Shown here one piece after another: positions 29,510 through 37,749 of a DNA stretch of 64,000 nt. The stretch spans positions 5,062 through 69,061 of the forward strand of contig JAPLFJ010000038.1 of NCBI GenBank assembly GCA_026390735.1, in the 5' to 3' direction. Both the position numbers and the translations under genes were made by a program. The notes beneath the pieces were generated by a model, which worked only from the letters and a program-made list of their open reading frames with translations, ran no database searches and had not been told where the DNA came from. Source of the DNA: Ignavibacteriota bacterium. GTDB taxonomy: Bacteria; Bacteroidota; Ignavibacteria; Tepidaquicellales; Tepidaquicellaceae. Every line of letters begins with the position of its first letter. Positions within the stretch are counted from its first letter, which is position 1.

Positions 29510-29536
29510 CTGGATTCCCGCTTTCGCGGGAATGAC
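29510..29536. repeat. 27-nt hairpin repeat, copy B (right border of AT-rich block)
   Basis: ctggattcccgctttcgcgggaatgac, in inverted orientation relative to copy A. Fits ATTCCC-N8-GGGAAT. Confidence 0.85.
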
Positions 29537-29693
29537 AAAGGGTGATTTGAACTTAAATAAAAAAATGTAAAATGGAGCAGTTTTTCTTTAATAATATTAT
29601 TCTCCCTTACTTCTAAATTACTAAAATTAATTTTTTATTACAACGGATTATAATATTATATATATTTAGTTGTCTTTAATTGAGGTTTTGACA

Positions 29694-29790
29694 AGTTACT
29701 CTTCTTTCTCAAGCAGGATGATTGAGTTACACTTCTTTCCTCAAGCAGGATGTTCACCACGGCGAATCTATGACTTGAGTTACTCTGCTT
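29694..29790. repeat. Tandem approx 31-nt repeat, 2 full + 1 partial copies
   Basis: agttactcttctttctcaagcaggatg (29694-29720), agttacacttctttcctcaagcaggatg (29725-29752), partial gagttactctgctt (29777-29790). Confidence 0.8.
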
Positions 29791-29822
29791 TTAAATAAAA
29801 GCGCCCCGGGATCCGGGGCGCT
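29789..29822 (-). terminator. GC-rich rho-independent terminator of the FN3-domain gene
   Basis: gcgccccgg-atcc-ggggcgc stem. On the minus strand it is followed by ttttatttaaaag. Confidence 0.8.
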
Positions 29823-29878
29823 TAACTGAATTTGGTGGGTAAAAGTGTTTCTTGTTTTGTCAACCCACCCTATTTTGT

Positions 29879-30496
29879 TTATTGTACTCTGCTTGCGGCT
29901 TCACTCCAGGGTCCGTATCCGTTTCGGTTTGCCGCTCGAACGCGGAAGAAATACCGGACTCCTTTGATGATGTTATCATCTATGAAACTGATTTTTGATG
30001 TTGTTTTGAAATAGAATAATTGTGGAATGTTTGTCAGGTCTGTTGATACTAAACTTTGACCTTTCTGCCACTCGTATGAGTCTGCATTTTTATCCCTTGC
30101 TTTAATTCCGATTAAGAAACCTTCTGCATCGGAATCATCTTCGAGGACGACTGCAAGTACTTCGGTTGGCGGAGGAATTTTGCTTGGGTCTTTGCGGGGT
30201 TTCATTCCATATTCCGCAAGTTTATCAGGTTGGTTTGCATAGATTGCATATGCGAATGTTTCGCATTGGCTTAGCAAACTTTTTGATTCTGAATTCTGGA
30301 GAGATCCTGAATGGCGCGCAATTACAGAGGCAGACTCTGCGGCGTCGATTGCTTCGCCTTTTGTTGTTAAATCTGTGATAGAACTCTGAACATCGGTTGA
30401 TTTTACAGGTTCGCCTGTCCAGTCAGTTGGGTTTTTCTTCATTCCCTGCAGGAATGCGTTTAACCTGTTCAAGGTTTCGAGAATGTACTTTTTCAT
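29879..30496 (-). CDS. Cytoplasmic-looking protein with C-terminal fibronectin type III domain
   Basis: 205 aa. C-terminal ...GVRYFFRVRAANRNGYGPWSEAA is a classic FN3 F/G-strand pattern. No signal peptide. Strong SD (ggaagg) upstream. Markedly higher G+C than its surroundings. Confidence 0.7.
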   Translation of the reverse strand: MKKYILETLNRLNAFLQGMKKNPTDWTGEPVKSTDVQSSITDLTTKGEAIDAAESASVIARHSGSLQNSESKSLLSQCETFAYAIYANQPDKLAEYGMKPRKDPSKIPPPTEVLAVVLEDDSDAEGFLIGIKARDKNADSYEWQKGQSLVSTDLTNIPQLFYFKTTSKISFIDDNIIKGVRYFFRVRAANRNGYGPWSEAASRVQ

Positions 30497-30828
30497 TTTG
30501 TACCTTCCTTCTAAATTAGTTTTTAAAAAAGTTCTTTTAAAATTTACAGTTAAAATTATTCCGTTTAGAATATTTTAAGAGTAAAACTTATTTAGAAACA
30601 CTTGAAACCTTTGAATTCAGTTATAGTTTTTTGTAGTAATAACAAAATATTGTATTAATAATTAATTGTCAATATAAAAAGTTAACTGTTGTTATAATAA
30701 TTATTTATGAATATTCTAATGACAAATCTCAATAATAATAACATTATATTTTCCTAAAAAGACCAACAACATTTTTGTATTTTCCGTTAAAACCGCAAAT
30801 ACAGCGAGGAATCCACTTTATTTCCCAA

Positions 30829-31090
30829 AAATGTGCACATTTTTGGGAACATTTTGCACATTTTTGGGAACATTTTGTATATTGTTCGGAACATTTTGCA
30901 TATTGTTCGGAACATTTTACATATTCTAATTTACAATCGGCAAATTCTAATTTACATTTTGCACTTTCTAAATTACATTTTGCATAATTTTCGGAACATT
31001 TAGCACATTCTAATTTACATTTTGCATATTCTAAATTACATTTTGCACAATCCAAATTACATTTTGCATAATGTTATTTACAATTTAAGT
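30829..31090. repeat. Array of about 12 degenerate 21-bp tandem repeats (core cattttgcaYaWt...)
   Basis: Exact 21-nt register from 30850 to 31080 (30850, 30871, 30892, ... 31060), with partial units at both ends. ORFs are open on both strands, as expected for a simple repeat. Confidence 0.9.
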
Positions 31091-31119
31091 GTTTTAAGGC
31101 AAGGTTTTAAATTTCAGGG

Positions 31120-31153
31120 AATAAAAAAGCCGGTTTTACCAAATTACCGGCTT
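31120..31153 (-). terminator. Rho-independent terminator (minus strand)
   Basis: aagccggt-tttaccaaatt-accggctt. The minus strand reads stem then ttttttatt. Confidence 0.65.
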
Positions 31154-31439
31154 TCGCAATTTTTGCATATCAAATATTTGATTGGCATCTCAATTTGATG
31201 GATTAAAGTATTATATAATTATATAAGTATCAAGCAATAAATTTAGTAAGATATCGAAATCGGTATTTCGTATCATCGTTTATCCTGTGGAAACCATTGC
31301 GTGAGAATTTTATGTTTCGGTTTATCTTTATTGATTCTTCAACGTAAGAAAGAAACTTTGAGTATTTCATCGTCAATGGATTGAACTTCCCTATTAGTTG
31401 ATTACTTTTCTTTTAAAAAATATAAAACGGGAAGATTCT

Positions 31440-31958
31440 TTATTTCCTCAGATGAAGATATCCGCCGCGATGAGGAATTGATGGCTGGTATGTAACGAAT
31501 GCTTTAGGGTCTATCTTTTCTATAATTTCCATAACTTCTTTCTGGCGCTTGCGTGGAATTAATGCAAGGATGATTGCAACACCTCCGCTGGCACCTTCAC
31601 CGGGAAGGATTGTTACTCCGAAATTATTTTCGCGCAGAGCGTTTGCGATATCGTCCGGATAGTTCATTGAAAAGACGTTTAGCCAGACGTGACCTGTTCC
31701 TATTTTCTGTTCGATTGTAATTCCGATAATTGTACCGAGTGCAAAGCCTCCTGAATAAGCAAATACGTTCACCCAGTTATCGAGGTGCGACATGACACTG
31801 CTGATTGCAACAACCCAGATTGTAACTTCCACGAAACCGATTGCCCCAGCAATGTATTTTTTGCCCTGCACGGTGATTATCATTCGTATTGTTCCGAGCG
31901 AAACATCAACGATGCGTAATGACATAATCATAAGGGCGTACAGCACGACTTCAATCAT
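31440..31958 (-). CDS. UPF0316 / DUF2179-domain membrane protein
   Basis: 172 aa. RIVDVSLGTIRMI, three TM segments, and a C-terminal DUF2179-like GVTILPGEGASGG...KAFVTY. Confidence 0.7.
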   Translation of the reverse strand: MIEVVLYALMIMSLRIVDVSLGTIRMIITVQGKKYIAGAIGFVEVTIWVVAISSVMSHLDNWVNVFAYSGGFALGTIIGITIEQKIGTGHVWLNVFSMNYPDDIANALRENNFGVTILPGEGASGGVAIILALIPRKRQKEVMEIIEKIDPKAFVTYQPSIPHRGGYLHLRK

Positions 31959-32173
31959 TTTATTTGTCTCTCTTTGTATAAATCGTTTAGCTCGTCAATC
32001 ATTCTGTTTATGTCATCTTCAGAGAAATTCTTCTTTATTAGCACTTCTTCAAGCGTTCCCCATCTTGCATCACCCGAGACAAGCAATTTTACTTTATGTT
32101 TCATAAAGTAACTTGTTGAAGCAGGAAATGTGAATATCAGTTCCTTTACAGTTATCTCACGTGTTATTACCAT
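31955..32173 (-). CDS. Small DUF1858-like protein (Cys-less variant)
   Basis: 72 aa. The ITREITVKELI...FMKH...GTLEEV...IDELN pattern resembles DUF1858. 4-nt overlap with the downstream gene. Confidence 0.4.
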   Translation of the reverse strand: MVITREITVKELIFTFPASTSYFMKHKVKLLVSGDARWGTLEEVLIKKNFSEDDINRMIDELNDLYKERQIK

Positions 32174-32174
32174 T

Positions 32175-33278
32175 TCAGATGAGTTTTTTAAATTCGCGAA
32201 TGAATGCTTCGTTCTCTTTCATCAAACCCATTGTTATACGCAGACAGTTTCCGAGACCGAATGCTTTGAGCGGACGAATGATTACTCCCTGACGAAGAAG
32301 TTTCTGGTTTATGTCAGTAACTTTTTCTTCAGTTAACATATCGAGCATTAAAAAGTTTGCGTACGTAGGAATAATTTTAAATATACCTTTTTCTTCATAA
32401 GGTTTTAATTCACCGAGGAAATATTCAAGACCCTGTTTATTAAGTGCTAAAGCTTTATCTATAAAATCATCGTCTTCGACTGCACCTGTAGCTGCTGCCT
32501 GAGCAAGAGTATTCGGTTCAAATGGAAGTTTTGTCTTCATTAAAGTCTCAACTATAAAGTCGTGGGCAAATCCGTATCCGATACGAAGCCCTGCAATGCC
32601 GTAAATCTTAGAGAAAGTTCTGAGAGTAATTACATTATCATATCGGTAATCGATTGAATCCGGATATTCTGGATTTCCCATTGCGTATTCGAAATATGCT
32701 TCATCGAAAAGAATAATCACATCTTTCGGAACATTAGCATAGAATTCTTCAAATTCCGATTTCGTGATTATTGTGCCCGTAGGATTGTTAGGATTGCAGA
32801 GATAAATAATTTTAGTATTCTTATTAATCTTATTTGTAATCGCGTTCAAATCAAATTTATAAGTTTCGCGTGACATCGGAACGTAGTGAGTAGCATTATT
32901 TCTTCCCATTGCGAGAACCTGAAAACCGATAAATGTTGCTTCGGAAGTAATTATTTCATCACCGTCACAAAGAAAGCAACGGAGAATATTTGCCATTATA
33001 CTTTCGCTGCCGCTTCCGACAGCAATGTTCTTAACGGGTATATTAAACTTCTTTGAGATTTTTTCGCGCAGGTCAACTGATCCAACATCAGGATAACGGT
33101 TTATTTCACTTACGAATCTATTCTGTGCTTCAACAGCGCGGGGTGAGGGCCCAAGCGGGTTTTCATTGGATGCAATTTTGTGTATTTCTTTCAGACCAAA
33201 CTCTTTTTGGAGCTCTTCAATTGACTTACCGGGGACATACGGTTTCAGATTCTTTATAAAATCAGGTGTCTTAAACAT
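32175..33278 (-). CDS. hisC: Histidinol-phosphate aminotransferase
   Basis: 367 aa. SNENPLGPSP, NPNNPTG and TFSKIYGIAGLRIGY (PLP lysine). Confidence 0.85.
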   Translation of the reverse strand: MFKTPDFIKNLKPYVPGKSIEELQKEFGLKEIHKIASNENPLGPSPRAVEAQNRFVSEINRYPDVGSVDLREKISKKFNIPVKNIAVGSGSESIMANILRCFLCDGDEIITSEATFIGFQVLAMGRNNATHYVPMSRETYKFDLNAITNKINKNTKIIYLCNPNNPTGTIITKSEFEEFYANVPKDVIILFDEAYFEYAMGNPEYPDSIDYRYDNVITLRTFSKIYGIAGLRIGYGFAHDFIVETLMKTKLPFEPNTLAQAAATGAVEDDDFIDKALALNKQGLEYFLGELKPYEEKGIFKIIPTYANFLMLDMLTEEKVTDINQKLLRQGVIIRPLKAFGLGNCLRITMGLMKENEAFIREFKKLI

Positions 33279-33407
33279 AGAATAAATTTTAAATTAGCCT
33301 AAATTTAGTGTTTATTAAGTATTTAAAAAATGATATTTTTGAGTCATTAATAAATTGTAAAATTTGAAATAAATATTTAATTTCAAGTAATCAAAACAAA
33401 AGACTAA

Positions 33408-33833
33408 ATGGCAGACGAATACAAAGGCATTAAAACATTTGACCAGAAGGAATGGGTAAAAGAAAATTTATCCTACAAGAAAGACAGCGGCAGCTGGGCG
33501 TGGATTTTTCACAGAGTTACAGGACTTGCACTTATCGGTTATTTGTTCTTACACGTTTATTCACTTAGCACTTTGACTTCAGGGAGAACAGCCTTTGAGA
33601 CAAAGATGCAATCGTTCCTTTCTCCGCCGCTCTTAGCATTAGAGTGGTTCTTATTCATTATTGTGCTTTTCCATTCACTGAACGGAGTAAGAATAGTTTT
33701 AGTCGACTGGGCAGACGGAGCGAAATACCACAAAACATTGTACCGATTTTCGTGGATAATAGGAATAATATTATTCTTATTGATGGGATACATTATGTTC
33801 TCACACGAAATTTTAAAATTCTTTGGAAAATAA
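33408..33833 (+). CDS. sdhC: Succinate dehydrogenase/fumarate reductase cytochrome b subunit-like
   Basis: 141 aa, 3 TM. FHRVTGLAL and HSLNGVRIV histidine motifs. Confidence 0.65.
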   Translation: MADEYKGIKTFDQKEWVKENLSYKKDSGSWAWIFHRVTGLALIGYLFLHVYSLSTLTSGRTAFETKMQSFLSPPLLALEWFLFIIVLFHSLNGVRIVLVDWADGAKYHKTLYRFSWIIGIILFLLMGYIMFSHEILKFFGK

Positions 33834-33841
33834 AAACTTAA

Positions 33842-34213
33842 TTGAATATGTTTAAATTACAGTCTACAAAAAATTCAGGTGCAAATAGTTGGATAATGCA
33901 AAGAATATCGGGTATTGCACTTGTAGTTCTAATGATAGGTCATTATATTTTAATGCATTATCATCCTGATTCAGGCCATACATACGATGCCGTGCTCGGA
34001 AGAATGCAGTATTCGTGGTACAGAATAATCGATTTAACGTTCTTATCGCTTGGTATGTATCATGGATTAAACGGAATCTGGGGAATATTCAGAGATTATA
34101 ACATGAAACCGTGGTTAAAAATCAGTGTAATAAGTGCATTAGTAATATTCGGAATTGCATTTACAGTTTGGGGATACAGTATTATATTCTCAATACCTTA
34201 TTTAAAGAGTTAA
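33842..34213 (+). CDS. sdhD: Succinate dehydrogenase membrane anchor subunit-like
   Basis: 123 aa, 3 TM. QRISGIALVVLMIGH and YHGLNGIWGI motifs. Confidence 0.55.
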   Translation: MNMFKLQSTKNSGANSWIMQRISGIALVVLMIGHYILMHYHPDSGHTYDAVLGRMQYSWYRIIDLTFLSLGMYHGLNGIWGIFRDYNMKPWLKISVISALVIFGIAFTVWGYSIIFSIPYLKS

Positions 34214-34281
34214 TCGTTAAATTGAATTAATTTTAGGAATTAAATTTATTATATTAATCAAACTAAACTAAAGGAGATCTA

Positions 34282-34470
34282 ATGGAGAAATTTACCAAAT
34301 TACAAGAGACCCTAGACGGGATGAAAGTAGATTTAGAAAAATTCTACGAAAAGAATCAAAATGCAGCAGGCACAAGATTAAGAAAAGAATTAAATAACTT
34401 AAGAAAGCTCGCAGCAGACATTAGAAAAGAAATTCAGGAAACAAGGATTGCAAGAAAAACAGGTGCTTAA
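34282..34470 (+). CDS. Histone H1-like / Hc1-type small basic DNA-binding protein
   Basis: 62 aa. NAAGTRLRKELNNLRKLAADIRKE resembles Bacteroidota histone H1-like proteins (AAGTRxRK). SD aaaggag upstream. Confidence 0.55.
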   Translation: MEKFTKLQETLDGMKVDLEKFYEKNQNAAGTRLRKELNNLRKLAADIRKEIQETRIARKTGA

Positions 34471-34508
34471 TACCTTCTTAAAGATGGCAAACATCTTTTT
34501 GGTTTTAA

Positions 34509-34536
34509 AGTGGGTGTAGTCTAGCCCACTTTTTTA
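34509..34536 (+). terminator. Rho-independent terminator
   Basis: agtggg-tgtagtctag-cccact followed by ttttt. Confidence 0.7.
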
Positions 34537-34564
34537 ATATTTAAAATGGAGATACGTTTAAAAA

Positions 34565-36364
34565 GTGCAGAAATCAAATATTCGAAATTTTTGTATCATT
34601 GCTCACATAGATCACGGTAAATCAACTTTAGCCGACAGATTGCTTGAATTCACAGGAACTGTTGAAAGCAGAAATATGACTAAACAGGTTCTTGATGATA
34701 TGGATTTAGAACAGGAACGCGGAATTACGATTAAACTTCACGCTATTCAAATGGCTTATACGGGCAAAGATGGTGAAGTTTATAACCTTAACTTAATAGA
34801 TACACCGGGACACGTTGACTTTTCTTATGAAGTTTCCCGTTCACTGGCTGCCTGCGAGGGGGCATTGCTGATTGTTGATGCAACTCAGGGAATTGAGGCT
34901 CAAACAATAAGTAATTTATACCTTGCAATCGATAACGGGCTGGAAATCATTCCTGTAATAAACAAGATTGACCTTCCGAGTGCTATGATTGAGGAAACAA
35001 AAGACCAGATAATTGAACTAATAGGCGGAAAGCGTGAAGATATAGTTTGCGTTAGTGCAAAAGTAGGAACAGGAACGGAAGATGTACTGGAAAAAATCAT
35101 AGAAAAGATTCCCCCACCGACAATTATAGAGGATAAACCTTTACGCGCTTTAATCTTTGATTCAATTTTTGATATCTACAGAGGTGTAATAGTTTATTTA
35201 AGGGTTTTTGAAGGCGAACTCAAGGAAGGCGATAAAATCGAATTCTTTGTGAGCGGGAAGAAATTTGAGGCAGAAGAAGTTGGTGTGCTTAAGATGGAAA
35301 AGAAACGTACAGGATTACTTAAATCCGGTGACGTAGGATATTTAATAGCTAACATTAAGGATGTAAACGATTCAAAAGTCGGTGATACGATTGTAAATAC
35401 GAATGACAGAGCGCTGGAACCTATACCAGGTTTTAAATTAGTGAAACCAATGGTATTCAGTGGCATATACCCCATTGCGACGAATGATTTTGAGGGATTA
35501 AGGGATGCGCTGTCAAAGCTTAAATTAAACGATTCATCATTAACGTATGAACCAGAAACATCAGTTGCTTTAGGGTTCGGGTTCAGATGCGGATTTCTGG
35601 GACTGCTTCATCTTGAAATCGTTCAGGCAAGACTGGAAAGAGAATACGATCTGGATATAATAACAACAGTTCCGAACGTGGAGTACAAAGTTTACAAGAA
35701 CAATGGCGAAGTTGTATTAGTTGACAATCCGTCAACAATGCCCGATGCTGTTCATGTAGACCACATTGAAGAGCCTTATATTTCAGCGCAGATTATTGTA
35801 CCAGTAGAGTTTATAGGGAATATTATGAAACTTGCGAATGACAGGCGTGGTGTTTTTAAAGACCAGCATTACATTGATACAAAGCGTGTTGATTTGCATT
35901 TTGAGTTCCCTCTTGCGGAAATAATATTTGATTTTTATGACAGGCTTAAATCTGTTACTAAGGGATATGCTTCACTGGATTATGAACTGATTGATTACCG
36001 CAAATCAGATTTAGTAAAACTTGATATATTACTCAACGGTGAACCTGTCGATGCATTATCTTCAATAATACACAGGGAGAATTCGTATTACTGGGGAAGA
36101 AGGCTTTGTGAAAAGTTAAGGAAACTTATTCCAAGGCAGATGTTTGAGATTGCAATACAGGCGGCCATCGGTGCGAAAGTAATCGCAAGAGAGTCTATAA
36201 GTGCATTAAGGAAGAATGTTATTGCAAAATGTTACGGCGGTGATATTTCAAGAAAAAGAAAGTTACTGGAGAAACAAAAAGAAGGTAAAAAACGTATGAA
36301 ACAAGTAGGGTCAGTTGAAATACCTCAAGAAGCGTTTTTAGCTGTTCTATCGATTGATAAATAA
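34565..36364 (+). CDS. lepA: Elongation factor 4
   Basis: 599 aa with GTG start. [30 protein letters not shown] and the C-terminal LepA-specific region. Confidence 0.95.
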   Translation: MQKSNIRNFCIIAHIDHGKSTLADRLLEFTGTVESRNMTKQVLDDMDLEQERGITIKLHAIQMAYTGKDGEVYNLNLIDTPGHVDFSYEVSRSLAACEGALLIVDATQGIEAQTISNLYLAIDNGLEIIPVINKIDLPSAMIEETKDQIIELIGGKREDIVCVSAKVGTGTEDVLEKIIEKIPPPTIIEDKPLRALIFDSIFDIYRGVIVYLRVFEGELKEGDKIEFFVSGKKFEAEEVGVLKMEKKRTGLLKSGDVGYLIANIKDVNDSKVGDTIVNTNDRALEPIPGFKLVKPMVFSGIYPIATNDFEGLRDALSKLKLNDSSLTYEPETSVALGFGFRCGFLGLLHLEIVQARLEREYDLDIITTVPNVEYKVYKNNGEVVLVDNPSTMPDAVHVDHIEEPYISAQIIVPVEFIGNIMKLANDRRGVFKDQHYIDTKRVDLHFEFPLAEIIFDFYDRLKSVTKGYASLDYELIDYRKSDLVKLDILLNGEPVDALSSIIHRENSYYWGRRLCEKLRKLIPRQMFEIAIQAAIGAKVIARESISALRKNVIAKCYGGDISRKRKLLEKQKEGKKRMKQVGSVEIPQEAFLAVLSIDK

Positions 36365-36380
36365 ATTAAAGAATAATTAA

Positions 36381-37298
36381 ATGGGATTAAACGAAAACGT
36401 TCCGGGGAAACTTCCGAAACAACTTGATAAGAAAAGAAAATCCAAACCAAAAGAGTATTTTGATGCATTGGTCTGGGCTGCTGTGGTTGCTTTCATAATT
36501 AAAATATTATTGTTTGAAGCGTACAGGATTCCTACCGGGTCGATGGAAAACACATTACTTGTAGGTGATTTTCTTCTTGTAACAAAATTTACTTACGGTG
36601 CAACAACACCGAGGAATGTACCTTTTACGGATATAAGAATCCCCTATTTCAGACTTCCTGGATTTAAAGACCCGAAACCCGGCGATGTGGTAGTTTTCGA
36701 TTTTCCAGGCGACAGAGATGAGAAGGAATCAAAGGAAGTTTTAAATTATATAAAACGGTGTGTAGCAGTTGCCGGTGATTCTATAAAGGTTGTTAATAAA
36801 GTTCTATACAGAAACGGCCAGATTTACCCTAATCCAACGCAATCCAAGTTTATTGCCCCGTTACAGCCTGCAAACCTTGCGAATAACAGAATATTTCCAA
36901 AGGGTTCAGGATGGAATGAAGATAATTACGGACCTATAAGAATACCAAAAAAGGGAGACATCATAAAGATTGATTCTTCTAACTTTGAGGGTTATAAAAT
37001 GTTTATGGTGAAAGAAGGATATAAGAATGTAATGTTTAACCTTGACGGTTCAGTAACATGCGATGATAAGACATTTAAAGACGGTAAGTATGAAGTCAAA
37101 AAGGATTATCTCTGGATGATGGGTGACAACAGGAACAATTCATTGGACAGCAGATTCTGGGGCTTTATGCCAATGGAGAATGTAGTCGGAGAAGCTTTCC
37201 TGATTTACTGGTCGTGGGATGCAAACATTTCTTTTGCAGACTTCTTTAAACTGCTCGGAACAATCAGATGGAACCGTGTAGGTTCGCTGATTAAATAA
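36381..37298 (+). CDS. lepB: Signal peptidase I
   Basis: 305 aa. TGSMENTL (Ser), KRCVAVAGD (Lys box) and GDNRNNSLDSRFWGF. Confidence 0.9.
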   Translation: MGLNENVPGKLPKQLDKKRKSKPKEYFDALVWAAVVAFIIKILLFEAYRIPTGSMENTLLVGDFLLVTKFTYGATTPRNVPFTDIRIPYFRLPGFKDPKPGDVVVFDFPGDRDEKESKEVLNYIKRCVAVAGDSIKVVNKVLYRNGQIYPNPTQSKFIAPLQPANLANNRIFPKGSGWNEDNYGPIRIPKKGDIIKIDSSNFEGYKMFMVKEGYKNVMFNLDGSVTCDDKTFKDGKYEVKKDYLWMMGDNRNNSLDSRFWGFMPMENVVGEAFLIYWSWDANISFADFFKLLGTIRWNRVGSLIK

Positions 37299-37325
37299 GT
37301 TGAGCAATAAGTATTATAACAAAAA

Positions 37326-37349
37326 AGGCGGGTAAATCCCGCCTTTTTT
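37326..37349 (+). terminator. Rho-independent terminator
   Basis: aggcggg-taaat-cccgcct followed by tttttatt. Confidence 0.85.
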
Positions 37350-37749
37350 ATTATTGCCAAACAGATTAAACTCGTTTTAATAACAAAGGCAGACATTACT
37401 GTCCGCCTCTGAGCCTGTTATAACATAAGAGGATTATTTTATAACAGTTATATTTATTGTCTTTATATCTAAAAGAGAGAACCTTAATTCTCAATAAGAT
37501 ATTAGATACAATAATTGTACCATAAAAAAGCTCGAAAACAATTGAATTTCGTCCTATTAGTTTATTTAAGTATAGTATCGTTTTAAAAAAAGAAGTGGCT
37601 TGACTATTTATGTATTGATTAGCAGCAAATTATTAATTCTATAATTATGGTTTGACTTTAAAAAGTCAATTAAATTGGGTATTTTATTTAACTTCATTTA
37701 ATAATACATCTATTTTAAAGCAAATAACCATTTTACTACAATATTTTTT

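Noticed and set aside
30744-31055. ORF-track proteins inside the 21-bp repeat array (103 aa on the minus strand, 70 aa on the plus strand at 30775-30987).
   Set aside because: Both strands are open only because the period is a multiple of three. The minus ORF needs a TTG start inside the repeats and has no SD. The repeat continues in frame past a stop upstream. I treat this as a tandem repeat, while keeping coding as an alternative in the finding.
30829-31090. Possible CRISPR array (also considered for the 31-nt repeats at 29694-29790).
   Set aside because: The units are directly adjacent with no unique spacers. 21 nt is too short and the units are degenerate. No cas genes are present in the window.
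23590-31100. Prophage, ICE or transposon interpretation of the accessory segment. A diversity-generating retroelement was also considered for the FN3 gene plus nearby repeats.
   Set aside because: No integrase, transposase, reverse transcriptase, phage structural genes or flanking tRNA are visible in the window.
31230-31370. 46-codon minus-strand ORF (MKYSKFLSYVEESIKINRN...) between the UPF0316 gene and the terminator at 31120-31153.
   Set aside because: No recognisable motif and it is small and AT-rich, so sequence alone gives insufficient support.
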